Of a stretch of 64,000 nt of DNA, positions 1 through 11,409 are shown one piece after another. The notes below the pieces were generated by a model. That model saw nothing but the letters and a program-made list of their open reading frames with translations, did no database searches and was not told the DNA's origin. This stretch comes from Tubulanus polymorphus (Eukaryota; Animalia; Nemertea). The translations under genes were made by a program, and so were the position numbers. The stretch's first letter is position 1; each line of letters starts with the position of its first letter. Location: assembly GCF_964204645.1 (NCBI RefSeq), contig NC_134025.1:8494001-8558000 (forward strand). The letters run 5' to 3'.

Positions 1-100
1 GAGAATCACGAATCCTTTACGCAACACCTACCATACCCAGTATTCCGAAATACTCTGCAAGATATTCTCGAAGAAACTACAAAACCCTCTCATCAGTGTC

Positions 101-2627
101 ATGTACAGCAAGCAGCGGCAGATTAAGAATCAACTCCAACTACTACTCAATGATCACCAACTTAACGAAACTCAGAGAACCGCTATCGAATCCACTGCCA
201 ACCGAATCCACGATCAACACATCAAGTCAGCACTTCATACCAAATACAGAAAATTCGACAAACTGAAAAAACTAGAACCAGCCAACACTACCGCCAACTC
301 CAATGTCGTCAATCTGTCTACATACGAACCATCTCAAGCCGAACTAAATGTTCTCTCCAAAGGTCTGAGCTTTTGTCCCGCCAACAATATCGACAAAGTT
401 CAACTCTGCGGCGACATGGAACAATTTTTCAGACACCTCCGCCTCAAAGAATTCTTCCCCAGAAAGAATACTATCGACACAGGAACCTCTACATCCACAC
501 AGTATCGACCAGAAACAGAAACCACCACAGTACAAGCCGATACCGAAAACACGCCACACACACAGATCACCAGTTCAGGCACCACAGACATCACACCAAG
601 TGATTGTAGCAGACTACCTGTACCCGTACTCAAGACCCAATCCAGTTGGTCTCCCCCCGAAGGCCGCAACACCAAGCTCGATCTTTACATCACCAGCTTC
701 AGAAACAGAGTCAGATCAGAAATCATCAACACCAGACCTAAAACTCAATACAATCTCACTACAGCAGAACGAAAAGCCATACTTACACTCAGAAACAACG
801 GAGACATCATCATCAAACCTGCCGACAAAGGAGGCGCCACTGTCATCATGAATCGAAACGACTACATCAACGAAGCACACCGCCAACTTCACAACACCGA
901 CTTCTACAAAAAACTCGACCAAGACCCCACCAGCGAGTTTACCAAAAAACTCAAACAACTTATCAAACCTCTACCCACAGAATTGAAGAACTATCTACTC
1001 GCCACAATACCAGCTGATCCAACACTGGACACCTTCTACATTCTCCCGAAGATACACAAGAAGAATAACCCCAGACGCCCAATCATCTCCGGCATCGGAA
1101 CCATCACCGAGAATATATCAGGCTACATACGTAGATCGTCTCCTACGCCCATACGCAGCGAACACACCCAGTTACATACAAGACACCACAGATTTCATCA
1201 ACAAACTCGCAAACATCCCAGCAGACCTCCCAGCAGACACCCTACTCGTCACTATGGACGTCACAGCCCTCTACACTAGCATACCACATGAAGATGGACT
1301 TACCGCGATTTCCAGAACCTTACCTAACAACGAAAACTCACAGACCATCATTGATCTCACCAAGTTCATACTTTAACACAACTACTTCAAATTCAACGGA
1401 TCGCTCTACACCCAGACCAAGGGTACAGCTATGGGCACCAGAATGCCCCCCCCCCAATACGCCAACATATTCATGTCTGTCCTTGAAGAAGACTTCCTCC
1501 AAACAGAGCAGCACTCACCACTTTTATACAATCGCTTCATCGACGACATCTTCATCATTTGGACGCATGAGCTTGAAAAACTACTTGAATTCCACAGAAA
1601 CTTCACCAACTTTCATCCAGCTATCGAACTCAGCCTCGAACACTCGCCTCTTCAAATTCCTTTTTTAGACACTCTAGTTAAAATCATCAACGGCAAACGC
1701 GAAACATCGCTCTACAGAAAACCTACTGACACCTACAGCTACCTTCACGGCACCAGCTTTCACCCACCACACACCACGAGATCCATCGTCTTTAGTCAGG
1801 CCATTCGCTACCACAGAATCTGCTCCAACACTCAAGACCGCGACCAACACCTACAACAACTGAAAAATGCATTCCACCAACTCCAGCACAACCCTGAAAC
1901 CATCGACCAACAAATCACTCGCGCTACTCACATACCCAGAGAAAGAACACTCCAATACAAACCGCCCACGTTAGAAGAAACCGAAAGAATCCCCATCGCA
2001 GTCACCTACAGTCCGCACCTACGCAGAATCCAACGAATCATATCAGATCTCCAACCCATAATCGAAGAGGATGATCATCTACGCGACATACTACCACTAA
2101 GACCAGTCATCGCGTACCGCCAACCAGCTAACCTAAGAAAACTCCTCATCAGCAGCAAACTATCCACCGAAGAAGACTCAGATAACAATTACACGCGCCC
2201 CTGCAACAAATCTAGATGTCAACTCTGCCCTCTCATCAACTCATCACCGACGGTCACCGCAGCCAACAACCAACAACTCAAAGTCACTGGACCCTACACA
2301 TGCGATTCCACCAACGTTGTTTATGCCATCACATGCGATATCTACCCTGGAACCATCTACATCGGAGAAACTGGACAAACATTACGTCAACGCTTAAACG
2401 GTCACAAATTTGATATCAGACAAAAGAAAATGGATAAACCTATCGGCGAACATTTCAATCTTCCGAACCATACCATCAGCAACCTTAAAGTGACCGCGTT
2501 ACATAAAATGAACACTTCTAATAAACATACGCGCGAAATCATGGAACAAAAACTCGTTCAACGCGGTGATACTGTTAATCTTGGCCTCAATCGCGATCTA
2601 GGATTCATGTCCCACTACAGAACGTAA
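101..2627 (+). pseudogene. Disrupted PLE polyprotein (reverse transcriptase + GIY-YIG endonuclease)
   Basis: Reconstructed by hand. A 4-bp duplication (ATAC, 1127-1130) shifts the frame after ISGY. The true frame resumes at 1131 ([22 protein letters not shown]), hits an in-frame TAA at 1374-1376, and runs into ORF 1431-2627. A C-run at ~1446-1455 gives MPPPQY where MAPxY is usual. Confidence 0.9.
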
Positions 2628-2883
2628 TTTTGTATGTTATTCATCGTATCTGAACTTATCTCGGACTTCCATCTCTTGTTATTCGTTGCTTTTAGATTCC
2701 ATCTGTTTATTTTCTTTGATATACTTTTATTTTTGATTTATTTCTCGGTGATTTGTTTTAGTTTGTTGTTCCTTAATTAATTAATTATCTACTCACTCAC
2801 TTAGTTATTAATCATCATGTCACTCATCATTTATTTGTAATTACTCTTCTCACTCAGTTCTCTGTAATTCGTGTCTATCTACC

Positions 2884-2972
2884 TATAAATACCGTTGTTT
2901 TTCCATTGAATATACTCATTCACCTGATGAAGCTTCTATTCATTAGAAGCGAAAGCTCGTGACTCAAATAAA
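2884..2972 (+). promoter_or_regulatory. TATA box and polyadenylation signal flanking the hammerhead (pLTR-like module)
   Basis: TATAAAT at 2884-2890 and AATAAA at 2967-2972. Confidence 0.55.
2920..2962 (+). ncRNA. Minimal type I hammerhead ribozyme in the PLE 3' repeat
   Basis: The parts are stem I TCAC(2920-23)/GTGA(2959-62), core CTGATGA(2924-30), an extra A, stem II GCTTCTA-ttcat-TAGAAGC (2932-2950), GAAA(2951-54), palindromic AGCT in place of stem III, and a predicted cleavage after C2958. This matches the established architecture of PLE-associated minimal hammerheads. Confidence 0.9.
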
Positions 2973-4359
2973 TAGTTAACCTATACAGTACTACTCGTCT
3001 CGTTACTTATGTCATTATCGTAATACCTCCGGGTTAAAATGGCGTCTCATCGAATAAGCGAAACTAGGAGTAATTTCAAAATCGCACTGGAATGACTGAT
3101 TACAGTAAATCAGCTGATAATCTATGAATCATAAATGTAATCAGCAAACAAAAGGAAATTTAAAGACCGAAGAAAAGGCATTAATTGCTGTAAGTATCGA
3201 ATTAATCCGCTGATATTTACTCGGAATTCAAACGGAATACTTATTTATTTTGTAAGAAAAAGGGCTCAGCTGTGATAGTCATTCTGAAGGAAGGGGGACA
3301 CGCTTTCTTTATCAACCGTATGTGGAATATATTCAGTGAATTGTTGTGTTTATGATGATGTGAAAATGACTAGTCTTAATAAAGTTTACAATAGTTGAAC
3401 TCCTTGTTGACCAGTGTTTTGTGAGATCAGATATTTGGATCCACCGCAGCATCTCTACTTATATTCTCGGTACAGACAGTGAGTTGGGACAGACTTGGGA
3501 AACTGTAATTCAGATGATCTGGATATTCGCAATATTTTCCTCTCCTCATGGACCAAACATGATTTTTGCTAGAAATTTAGTATAAAATCCATCACGACAA
3601 ACTCTTTTTACTGCTATTCTCTATTTATTGTCCACTTCTAGTACAAAATCTTATTTAATATACAGACAGCCTGACAAGACGGTGAAATACGTATTTTGTA
3701 TTCATTTACTGTTCACAAAATTTAAAAGACTGAAGTGAAGTTACCTGTCGTATAATATTTTCACCACAATGAAATTGACTGCTAATGTCCAGTGTCACGT
3801 TCAGAATGACAAATTAATCATCTTAAGTGAACAAACAAATTGCCAGTGTCGTGGCCTCTGCTGCATGGCTGCTTCAGTTCAGTATGTCAGTGACAGTAGA
3901 GATTGGTTTATCCATCTCAAGTTCGTTGTTGACTATTGACGACCGTTCCTTCACGCAGGGTAGATTTAGACGGCGCTGTAACGGAGACATCCTGAATTGT
4001 ATATCGATATTTTCGAAGCCACGTAGTACAGGTGCCCGCGTTACCTGATAGTTTTGGTCGAGTTTCTTTCTTCATTGGTGTAAAAATCGACTTTAAAGCG
4101 ATCCATGGAACGTAAATTGAGACACTTCGAGGCCAAATTCGGTTTTCGTATCTAGTCCACTAATGGTCGGAACTAATAACCGAATGCGCTTGATTTTCGA
4201 ACTATTTCCGGAATATAATTTCAACTAACGGACATTCGGTTTCGTTTAGTTCGACTGTAGTCAGATAACTCAGATAACCGAAGGTGGCTCGGGTTCGAGA
4301 AAATGATTCACGGACCGGACGTGAAAAGCAGTTAATTTTATAGCTGGGCAGTGAAATGG

Positions 4360-4570
4360 GGGTGTTACTAAAAACTATGCGCCACTAAAACGAAGACCTA
4401 TGCACTTTGGGGTATTAGAACTATGCATGACTAAAAAGAAGTCCGAAGATACTCGAAATCATCACTTGGGGCGCTCTGTACCACCTCTGCCGGAAACGTT
4501 AATTGCCTGGTCGGTTTTCTCGGGTGCATATTGTCTTTGTTTTTAGTAGTGCTTCGTTTTAGTAACACTC
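4360..4570. mobile_element. MITE-like element with ~30-bp imperfect TIRs
   Basis: The left end GGGTGTTACTAAAAACTATGCGCCACTAAAA matches the reverse complement of the right end, GAGTGTTACTAAAACGAAGCACTACTAAAA. Confidence 0.6.
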
Positions 4571-4709
4571 GTTGCTTAACTAAACGAATGACATATTTCA
4601 AAATCAATCATATTTATTCTCATACAACAATTATACAAAATACCAGGTTTGTGCTCGAGGAAATATAATGTATGTAAGCTCCTCAAACACGGACTTTCAA
4701 AAACAACTA

Positions 4710-4842
4710 GCCCAACCACCATAGGCGTATAATCTATTAACGAGAGTTAATACGCCCATGGTCCAACCATAGACTCTAAAACAGAAACGTCTATGGCCCA
4801 CAACCATGGACTCTTAAACGGTGAGTCCATGGCTCCCCGCAC
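4710..4842. repeat. Array of three tiny CATRG..CYATG palindromic elements separated by C-rich G..AC linkers
   Basis: Units are 4720-4760, 4768-4795 and 4805-4831, with 7-10-bp arms. The linkers are GCCCAACCAC, GTCCAAC, GCCCACAAC and GCTCCCCGCAC. Confidence 0.6.
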
Positions 4843-6001
4843 TAAAACCAGAGATAGCCTGGCCAAATACTCTGGAAAGCGTAGGATTAAGTAATCAATC
4901 TGATTTACATTCTTACATCATTTATTTTCACATACCATATTAACTTTTAGCTTATTTTCTCAAATTTTAATAGTAATTTTATTTCTATTACTATGTATGA
5001 AATTGTACTAACTTAAAACAAAGTTACATGTAAGGTATTTAGAAGTCTTTATCTACGGTACCATACATTTCCACTACAGCTGATTTATACAATTTGCATC
5101 AATAGGAAAATAACAGAAATACACAAAGAATTATAAACTTTGATCCATAAAAAACCGAAAATTGGACTAGTCTAAGATTATGAATTCGACAATTCATGAG
5201 GTCAATAACCGACACTTTGTTATATTTCATGAAATATGAATCTATCATGTCAACTTTTCAAATTACATCGATTGAGGACATCTCGTTTATAAAGAAAAAG
5301 CTCAACTTTATTCGATAGGACCTTAATAAATCAATGTTTTATGAATAATTGACATGAACATGTCATTTTATCTCCACAACAACAATTATACCTAAATGAC
5401 AGGTATTCATGTACTGGAGGAAGTGCCTCAGTCATTTACAAAAACGTGAACTGTATTTCAAAAAAGTCTCCAACATAAAAACATTATAACCAGAGATAGA
5501 ACCACAAATTCAATCTGGAAAGCTAAAGATTAGATTAAATAAAAAGTCTTTGATTTAATTTTCATTACAAGTTTTGCCACCTTTGCCTTGTCTTTAAGAG
5601 GTTTCAAGACATTATCAAATTGGTTATTTTCTAAAATCTACTGATTAATACTGTTCATCCTCATTTATCAAGAGACTGCTCCTCTAATTTGTTACTCTAT
5701 TTTCCATAAGGGCCTTAATGAAAATAGTATTTTATGAACCATTGATGAGCACCACAGTATGAATGACGAAACATATATATCATTTTATTCTTACACAACA
5801 ATTATACCCCGCTAAATGAGTTATTCAAAATCAGTTCAACATAAAACCTACAAATTCACTCACTCTGGAAAGCGTAAGGTAAACTAATTAATCTTAGTTA
5901 TTACAAGTAAACTAAAAACATTGCCAAAATTTTCCTCGTCTGAGAGATTTCTTTATATTTATCAACCAGCTTATTTCACAAATGTTACATTTGAAACAAA
6001 G

Positions 6002-6256
6002 CAGGGTCTGATTTAAGCACTAGTCCAATTGCCCGGGACGAGTATATTTTCATAAGGGCATGTAGGTTATCACAATCACTCGTCCAACGTGCTTGTGTAA
6101 TTCTATATCTCAAAGCTTTTATCCCACTCGATGCAAGGGATTATTGTGTCACAATCCGACTACTCATGTAGGGCAAGTTGATTTTTGAGGGGGCAAGTGA
6201 TATTACATATGCTAGCCCGTAGGTCAAGTGGCATTTATTCCTTAGATCAAACCCTT
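6002..6256. mobile_element. hAT-like MITE remnant
   Basis: The left end CAGGGTCTGATTTAAG matches the reverse-complemented right end AAGGGTTTGATCTAAG. Internal GGGCAAGT-type motifs repeat. No clean 8-bp TSD is seen. Confidence 0.5.
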
Positions 6257-7096
6257 CAAACTATGATAAAGGTTTTTCTTCGTGATGATTTAAGATAAAT
6301 CGAGTATCTTCATATAAATATGGTTTGACTGATGAAGCTACGGCAACTTCTTAATTTGTATTATTCAACTTGATAGTAGATATAAATACAACTCTTTATA
6401 AAGATCAGAAATTCTTCTTGTACAGGCCCCACACAGATGCGGTTAAACTGATAATCAAAACAAAGCTAGGACAATTGTCCAATTAGCACTGTATCCTCGA
6501 GTTAGCCTATCAAGAGACTGCTCCTTCTATTCTATGCTCCTGCTAATTAAATCAGTATTTTATGAACCACTGAAAAGCACCACAGTGGAATTGTTGCTAT
6601 AGAAATTAACAACTAAAAAGTTTCAACATGAATGATGAAAATGTACATCGTTTTATTCACACGACAATAATATCTAAAACGAGGAATCATCATGCAAGTT
6701 CCTAATTTCCAAACATGCAAACTGTGTTACAATAACAGTCTGCAACATAAAAGCATTAAACTAGAGATGGAACATACAGATTCACTCTGGAAATCTAAGT
6801 ATCAACTAATCATTACTTTCACTAGAAAACTAGAATTTTGCCTTGTCTTAAAGATTTCCAAACACCTTGACATTAAACACTAATTATTTTGATATTTTTT
6901 TCTGGCAGCTTCGAAAACATCAACATAATCATACAATCAGTAACTAATCAATAACATCAGTAACTTAAGTTTATAGCTGTTTTAAATTCTTTCTAAAAAG
7001 TAAAATGTATGTACCAGATGTAAGATAGTAAGTCTACCCCAGTATAACAATAAACAGTCACAGCAGTGATAGAGCGCGGCTAGTTGAAAGGACGGT

Positions 7097-7246
7097 AGAT
7101 CTTTCATCACAGTTATTCAAAGCATTCTATCATATCAGTTATTTTTTTCAAGTGTGTTTGATTTAGTTAAGGTTTATGGTTATTTGTTTTGTTCATTACA
7201 ATAACTGAGTCCGATAGAATGCTTAAAACAACAACAGAAAAGATCT
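7097..7246. mobile_element. Small foldback/MITE
   Basis: AGATCTTT..AAGCATTCTATC..TCAGTTATT (7097-7143) is inverted against AATAACTGA..GATAGAATGCTT..AAAGATCT (7200-7246). Confidence 0.55.
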
Positions 7247-7539
7247 CGGGTTTTCGCTATACTTAGGGAAGGTTGTTCGATAAATGAAGAACCTTGTTGA
7301 TAAATATTTGAAAAAATCCCTTTTCATGTAAATAGAATATTAATTTGTTGTTTGTTTGTATTGTTGTTTATTATTTCCAACTATCTTTTAATATTATCTA
7401 TTTATGTATCTACTTGTATTTTGTATTATTTAGTACTTATTATTTTTTGGTTTTTTCATTTATTCTTTTATCAATTATTAATTTATGTACTTGTAGTTTG
7501 TATTATGTAATATTTATACTCCTCTATCTACAACTGCAG

Positions 7540-7750
7540 GCATTTTTTCACAGTAAAGTTTCTGGGCCAATTTTTAAAAGCGCTACCGATTCACTGCCAC
7601 TCCTTAATAATCATTATACACCCGATTTGAAGCCAAGTGATTATTCATGGGAGCCATCTCATGATATTGATTTACCCATTACAATAAAAGAAGTTCAAAC
7701 AGCTATAAATAATGAATGTTAAAACGTTAAAAATTAGTCCTAGCTATAAC
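7540..7750 (+). pseudogene. Short decayed non-LTR retrotransposon fragment (pre-RT region)
   Basis: DIDLPITIKEVQTAINN followed out of frame by KISPSY resembles the LINE motif LxxPITxxEVxxAIxxLKxxKSPGxD. Confidence 0.4.
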
Positions 7751-8384
7751 TTTATGCCTTGTTATTCCTAGATTAACCTCTTAAATGTAAATAATGGTCG
7801 CCTTTCAAATAAAGCTTTTGTTTTCAAATACGTAGCTATGATCATCAAACAGATTGATGGAGGCTTAAAGGTCGATGTGAAAATCGACATCTACGATTCA
7901 ATTGTGAATCGGTTACATGGGCCTTCGAAAATAAGAATGCCATCAAATTAGTACATCTACAATTCAGCAAATACTTAATATTTGTACATCAACTGTGGCC
8001 AAACGTTATGTTCTATGTTTCCTAATTATGTGATATCTACACGAACAAATAGCCATAGTTGACTATGTTTAACTATGGTGAAGTTTGAAGATTAAACTCA
8101 CAATATCACATAGAAACTATATCTCAGTTAAGGAGTTAACTCAACAGACCTACCAGTCCAAACTAGGCGCTTGACGCGACCATATACCCCTAGTGACTAA
8201 CCTAACTTGACTTATCTATCAACCAAGGATCGAAGACCAATATCGTGAATTAATGGAGCTTAGATTTTATAAGACTCTCACATTGCATAAAACATTATAA
8301 AATAATATCCTCGAAAACACTATATCAGACTGGTTTGAAAAAGGGTCGTAAGTAAAAAAATCAAAACTTTACTACAGAAGTCCG

Positions 8385-8600
8385 CTATTGTCTTTGCCGC
8401 TCCTGGATCTCAGTGTTTATAACATGCACCATTGTTTATGTAGCTCCTTATAAGATACACTATTGTCTTTGCTGCTTTTAAAACGGTGGTCATCCTGATT
8501 CAGTGTTTATGAGATAATCCATTAGCTTTGTCGCTCGAATCAGTGTTTATAAGATTCACTATTGTCTCTGCTGCTCCTGATAAAATGTTTTATAGAAATC
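8385..8600. repeat. Degenerate ~40-45-bp minisatellite
   Basis: About five copies of (y)attgtctttgcygctcc...tcagtgtttataagat.cac. Confidence 0.55.
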
Positions 8601-8735
8601 AACCACCGATTGTAGAAGAATCCATCGTTGAGTGATTAATCCGTCGCTGGCTCCTCAACTTATATCACCTGGGCGTCTGCAGTTTTCATCAGCAAATGGG
8701 TCAATGAGTATTCATCTACTAGTAGATTTTCTGAT

Positions 8736-11250
8736 GAGTAGTTGATCTCAAGCTGAGCTTTTTCTTATAGTTGAAATTTAGCTGCAATGATTAAAAGATG
8801 TCCTGTAATGACAAAATATTTCAATAAGAATTAATCGTAATAATTTCATATATATCAAGTTACCTTTTATGATTGCTTGGTTCGTAATCGGCGTGGATCA
8901 TCTAAGTTGGTTGGTTAATGAGTTGGATTCTAATTGGCCTCGTCTGTGCGCTGTTCCAGTTGGTCGATTTTGGACGAGTAGTTGATCTCAAGCTGGGTTT
9001 CTTCTTATAGTTGAAATTTAGCTGCAATGATTAAAAGAAGATATCCTGTAATGACAAAATATTTCAATAAGAATTAATTGTAATAATTTCATGTATATCA
9101 AGTTACCTTTTATGATTGCTTGGTTCGTAATTGGCGTGGATCATCTAAAGTTTGTTGGTTAATGAGTTCGATTCTGTTGGCCTCATCTGTGCGCTGTTCC
9201 AGTTGGTCGATTTTGGACGAGTAGTTGATCTCAAGCTGGGTTTCTTCTTATAGTTGAAATTTAGCTGCAATGATTAAAAGAAGATATCCTGTAATGACAA
9301 AATATTTCAATAAGAATTAATTGTAATAATTTCATGTATATCAAGTTACCTTTTATGATTGCTTGTTTCGTAATTGGCGTGGATCATCTAAGTTGGTTGA
9401 TTAATGAGTTGGATTCTAATTGGCCTTGTCTGTGCGCTGTTCCAGTTGGTCGATTTTGGACGAGTAGTTGATCTCAAGCTGGGTTTTTCTGATAGTTGAA
9501 ATTCAGCTGCAATAAAAGAAGATATCCTGTTATGACAAAATATTTCAATAAGAATTAATCGTAATAATTGCATGTATATCAAGTTACCTTATAAAATTGC
9601 TTGGTTCGTAATCGGCGTGGATTATCTAAGTTTGTTGGTAAATGAGTTTAATTCTAATTGGCCTCACCTGTGCGCTGTTCCAGTTGGTTAATTTTGGACG
9701 AGTAGTTGATCTCAAGCTGGGTTTCTTCTTATAGTTGAAATTTAGCTGCAATGATTAAAAGAAGATATCCTGTAATGACAAAATATTTTAATAAGAATCA
9801 ATCACAATAATTTCATGTATATCAAGTTACCTTTTAAAATTGTTTGGTTCGTAATCGGTGTGGATCATCTAAGTTGGTTGGTAAATGAGTTGAATTCTAA
9901 TTGGCCTCATCTGTGCGCTGTTCCAGTTGGTTGATTTTGGAGGAGTAGTTGATCTCAAGCTGGGTTTTTCTGATAGTTGAAATTTAGCTGCAAAGATTAA
10001 AAGAAGATATCCTGTAATGACAAAATATTTCAATAAGAATCAATCGTCATAATTCCATGTATATCAAGTTACCTTTTATGATTGCTTGGTTATCGGCGAT
10101 TATCCTATTAGTTGGTTAGTTAGTTGGCCTCATCTGTGCACTGTTCCAGTTGGTCGATTTTGGACGAGTAGTTGATCTCAAGCTGGGTTTCTTCTTATAG
10201 TTGAAATTTAGCTGCAATGATTAAAAGAAGATATCCTGTAATGACAAAATATTTCAATAAGAATCAATCACAATAATTTCATGTATATCAAGTTACCTTT
10301 TAAAATTGTTTGGTTCGTAATCGGCGTGGATCATCTAAGTTTGTTGGTAAATGAGTTGAATTCTAATTGGCCTCACCTGTGCGCTGTTCCAGTTGGTTGA
10401 TTTTGGACGAGTAGTTGATCTCAAGCTGGGTTTCTTCTTATAGTTGAAATTTAGCTGCAATGATTAAAAGAAGATATCATGTAATGACAAAATATTTCAA
10501 TAAGAATCAATAACAATAATTTCATGTATATCAAGTTACCTTTTAAAATTGTTTTGTTCGTAATCGGCGTGGATCATTTAAGTTTGTTGGTAAATGAGTT
10601 GAATTCTAATTGGCCTCATCTGTGCGCTGTTCCAGTTGGTTGATTTTGGACGAGTAGTTGATCTCAAGCTGGGTTTTTTCTGATAGTTGAAATTTAGCTG
10701 CAATGAATAAAAGAAAATATTCTGTAATGACAAAATATTTCAATAAGAACTAATCATAATAATTTCATGTAGGCCTATATCAAGTTACCTTTTATGATTG
10801 CTTGGTTCGTAATGGGCGTGGATCATCTAAGTTGGTTGGTAAATGAGTTGAATTCTAATTGGCCTCATCTGTGCGCTGTTCCAGTTGGTTGATTTTGGAG
10901 GAGTAGTTGACCTCAAGCTGGGTTTTTCTGATAGTTGAAATTTAGCTGCAATGATTAAAAGAAGATATCCTGTAATGACAAAATATTTCAATAAGAATCA
11001 ATCGTAATAATTCCATGTATATCAAGTTACCTTTTATGATTGCTTGGTTATCGGCGATTATCCTATTAGTTGGTTAGTTAGTTGGCCTCATCTGTGCACT
11101 GTTCCAGTTAGTCGATTTTGGACGAGTAGTTGATCTCAAGCTGGGTTTTTTCTTATAGTTGAAATTCAGCTGCAATAAAAGATATCCTGTAATGACAAAA
11201 TATTTCATTTAGAATTTATCATAATAATTTCCATAAAAATAAACTTACAT
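8736..11250. repeat. ~243-bp tandem satellite, ~10.5 monomers, with higher-order structure
   Basis: The anchor GAGTAGTTGA(T/C)CTCAAGCTG occurs at 8736, 8976, 9219, 9462, 9700, 9943, 10166, 10409, 10652, 10901 and 11124. Spacing is 238-249 bp, apart from two 223-bp variants. Confidence 0.95.
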
Positions 11251-11409
11251 GTCAAGATTGATTGGTTGAGTATCGGTGACGATCTTTTGAGTTGGTTGGA
11301 TTTTTCTGCGGGCGATTGGTAGATTTCGTTTGGTTGAGTATAGGTGATGATCATCTGAGTTGGTTTGATTCTTCTGCGGGCAATTGGTAGATTTCGTTTG
11401 ATTGATTTG

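Larger units (their letters stand above)
1..3010 (+). mobile_element. Penelope-like retroelement (probably Neptune clade); 5' end lies outside the window
   Basis: The ORF pieces carry the PLE N-terminal VVNLS..LSKGLSFCP and IKPADKGGATV motifs, the RT motifs [16 protein letters not shown] and RFIDDIF, a CxxxxCxxC linker (PCNKSRCQLC), and a C-terminal GIY-YIG endonuclease (VVYAITC..IYIGETG..RLNGH). An AT-rich 3' region with a TATA box, hammerhead and AATAAA follows. The Neptune assignment rests on the Cys linker and is an inference. Confidence 0.93.
4585..6890. repeat. Old, degenerate local repeat (several diverged copies of a several-hundred-bp unit)
   Basis: The motif aatga...cattttattc..acaacaattatac recurs near 4585, 5355, 5760 and 6630. 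The motifs ctggaaagc and tatcaagagactgctcct also recur (5667, 6508). Confidence 0.5.

Noticed and set aside
344-1668. Short alternative-frame and antisense ORFs over the PLE
   Set aside because: They are shadow ORFs of the retroelement coding sequence.
3874-3990. Resemblance of MSPLQRRLNLPC to antizyme ORF1
   Set aside because: There is no UCC-UGA shift site, and the +1 frame closes within about 25 codons.
8736-11250. CRISPR-like array
   Set aside because: The context is eukaryotic, whole monomers repeat with no unique spacers, and there are no cas genes.
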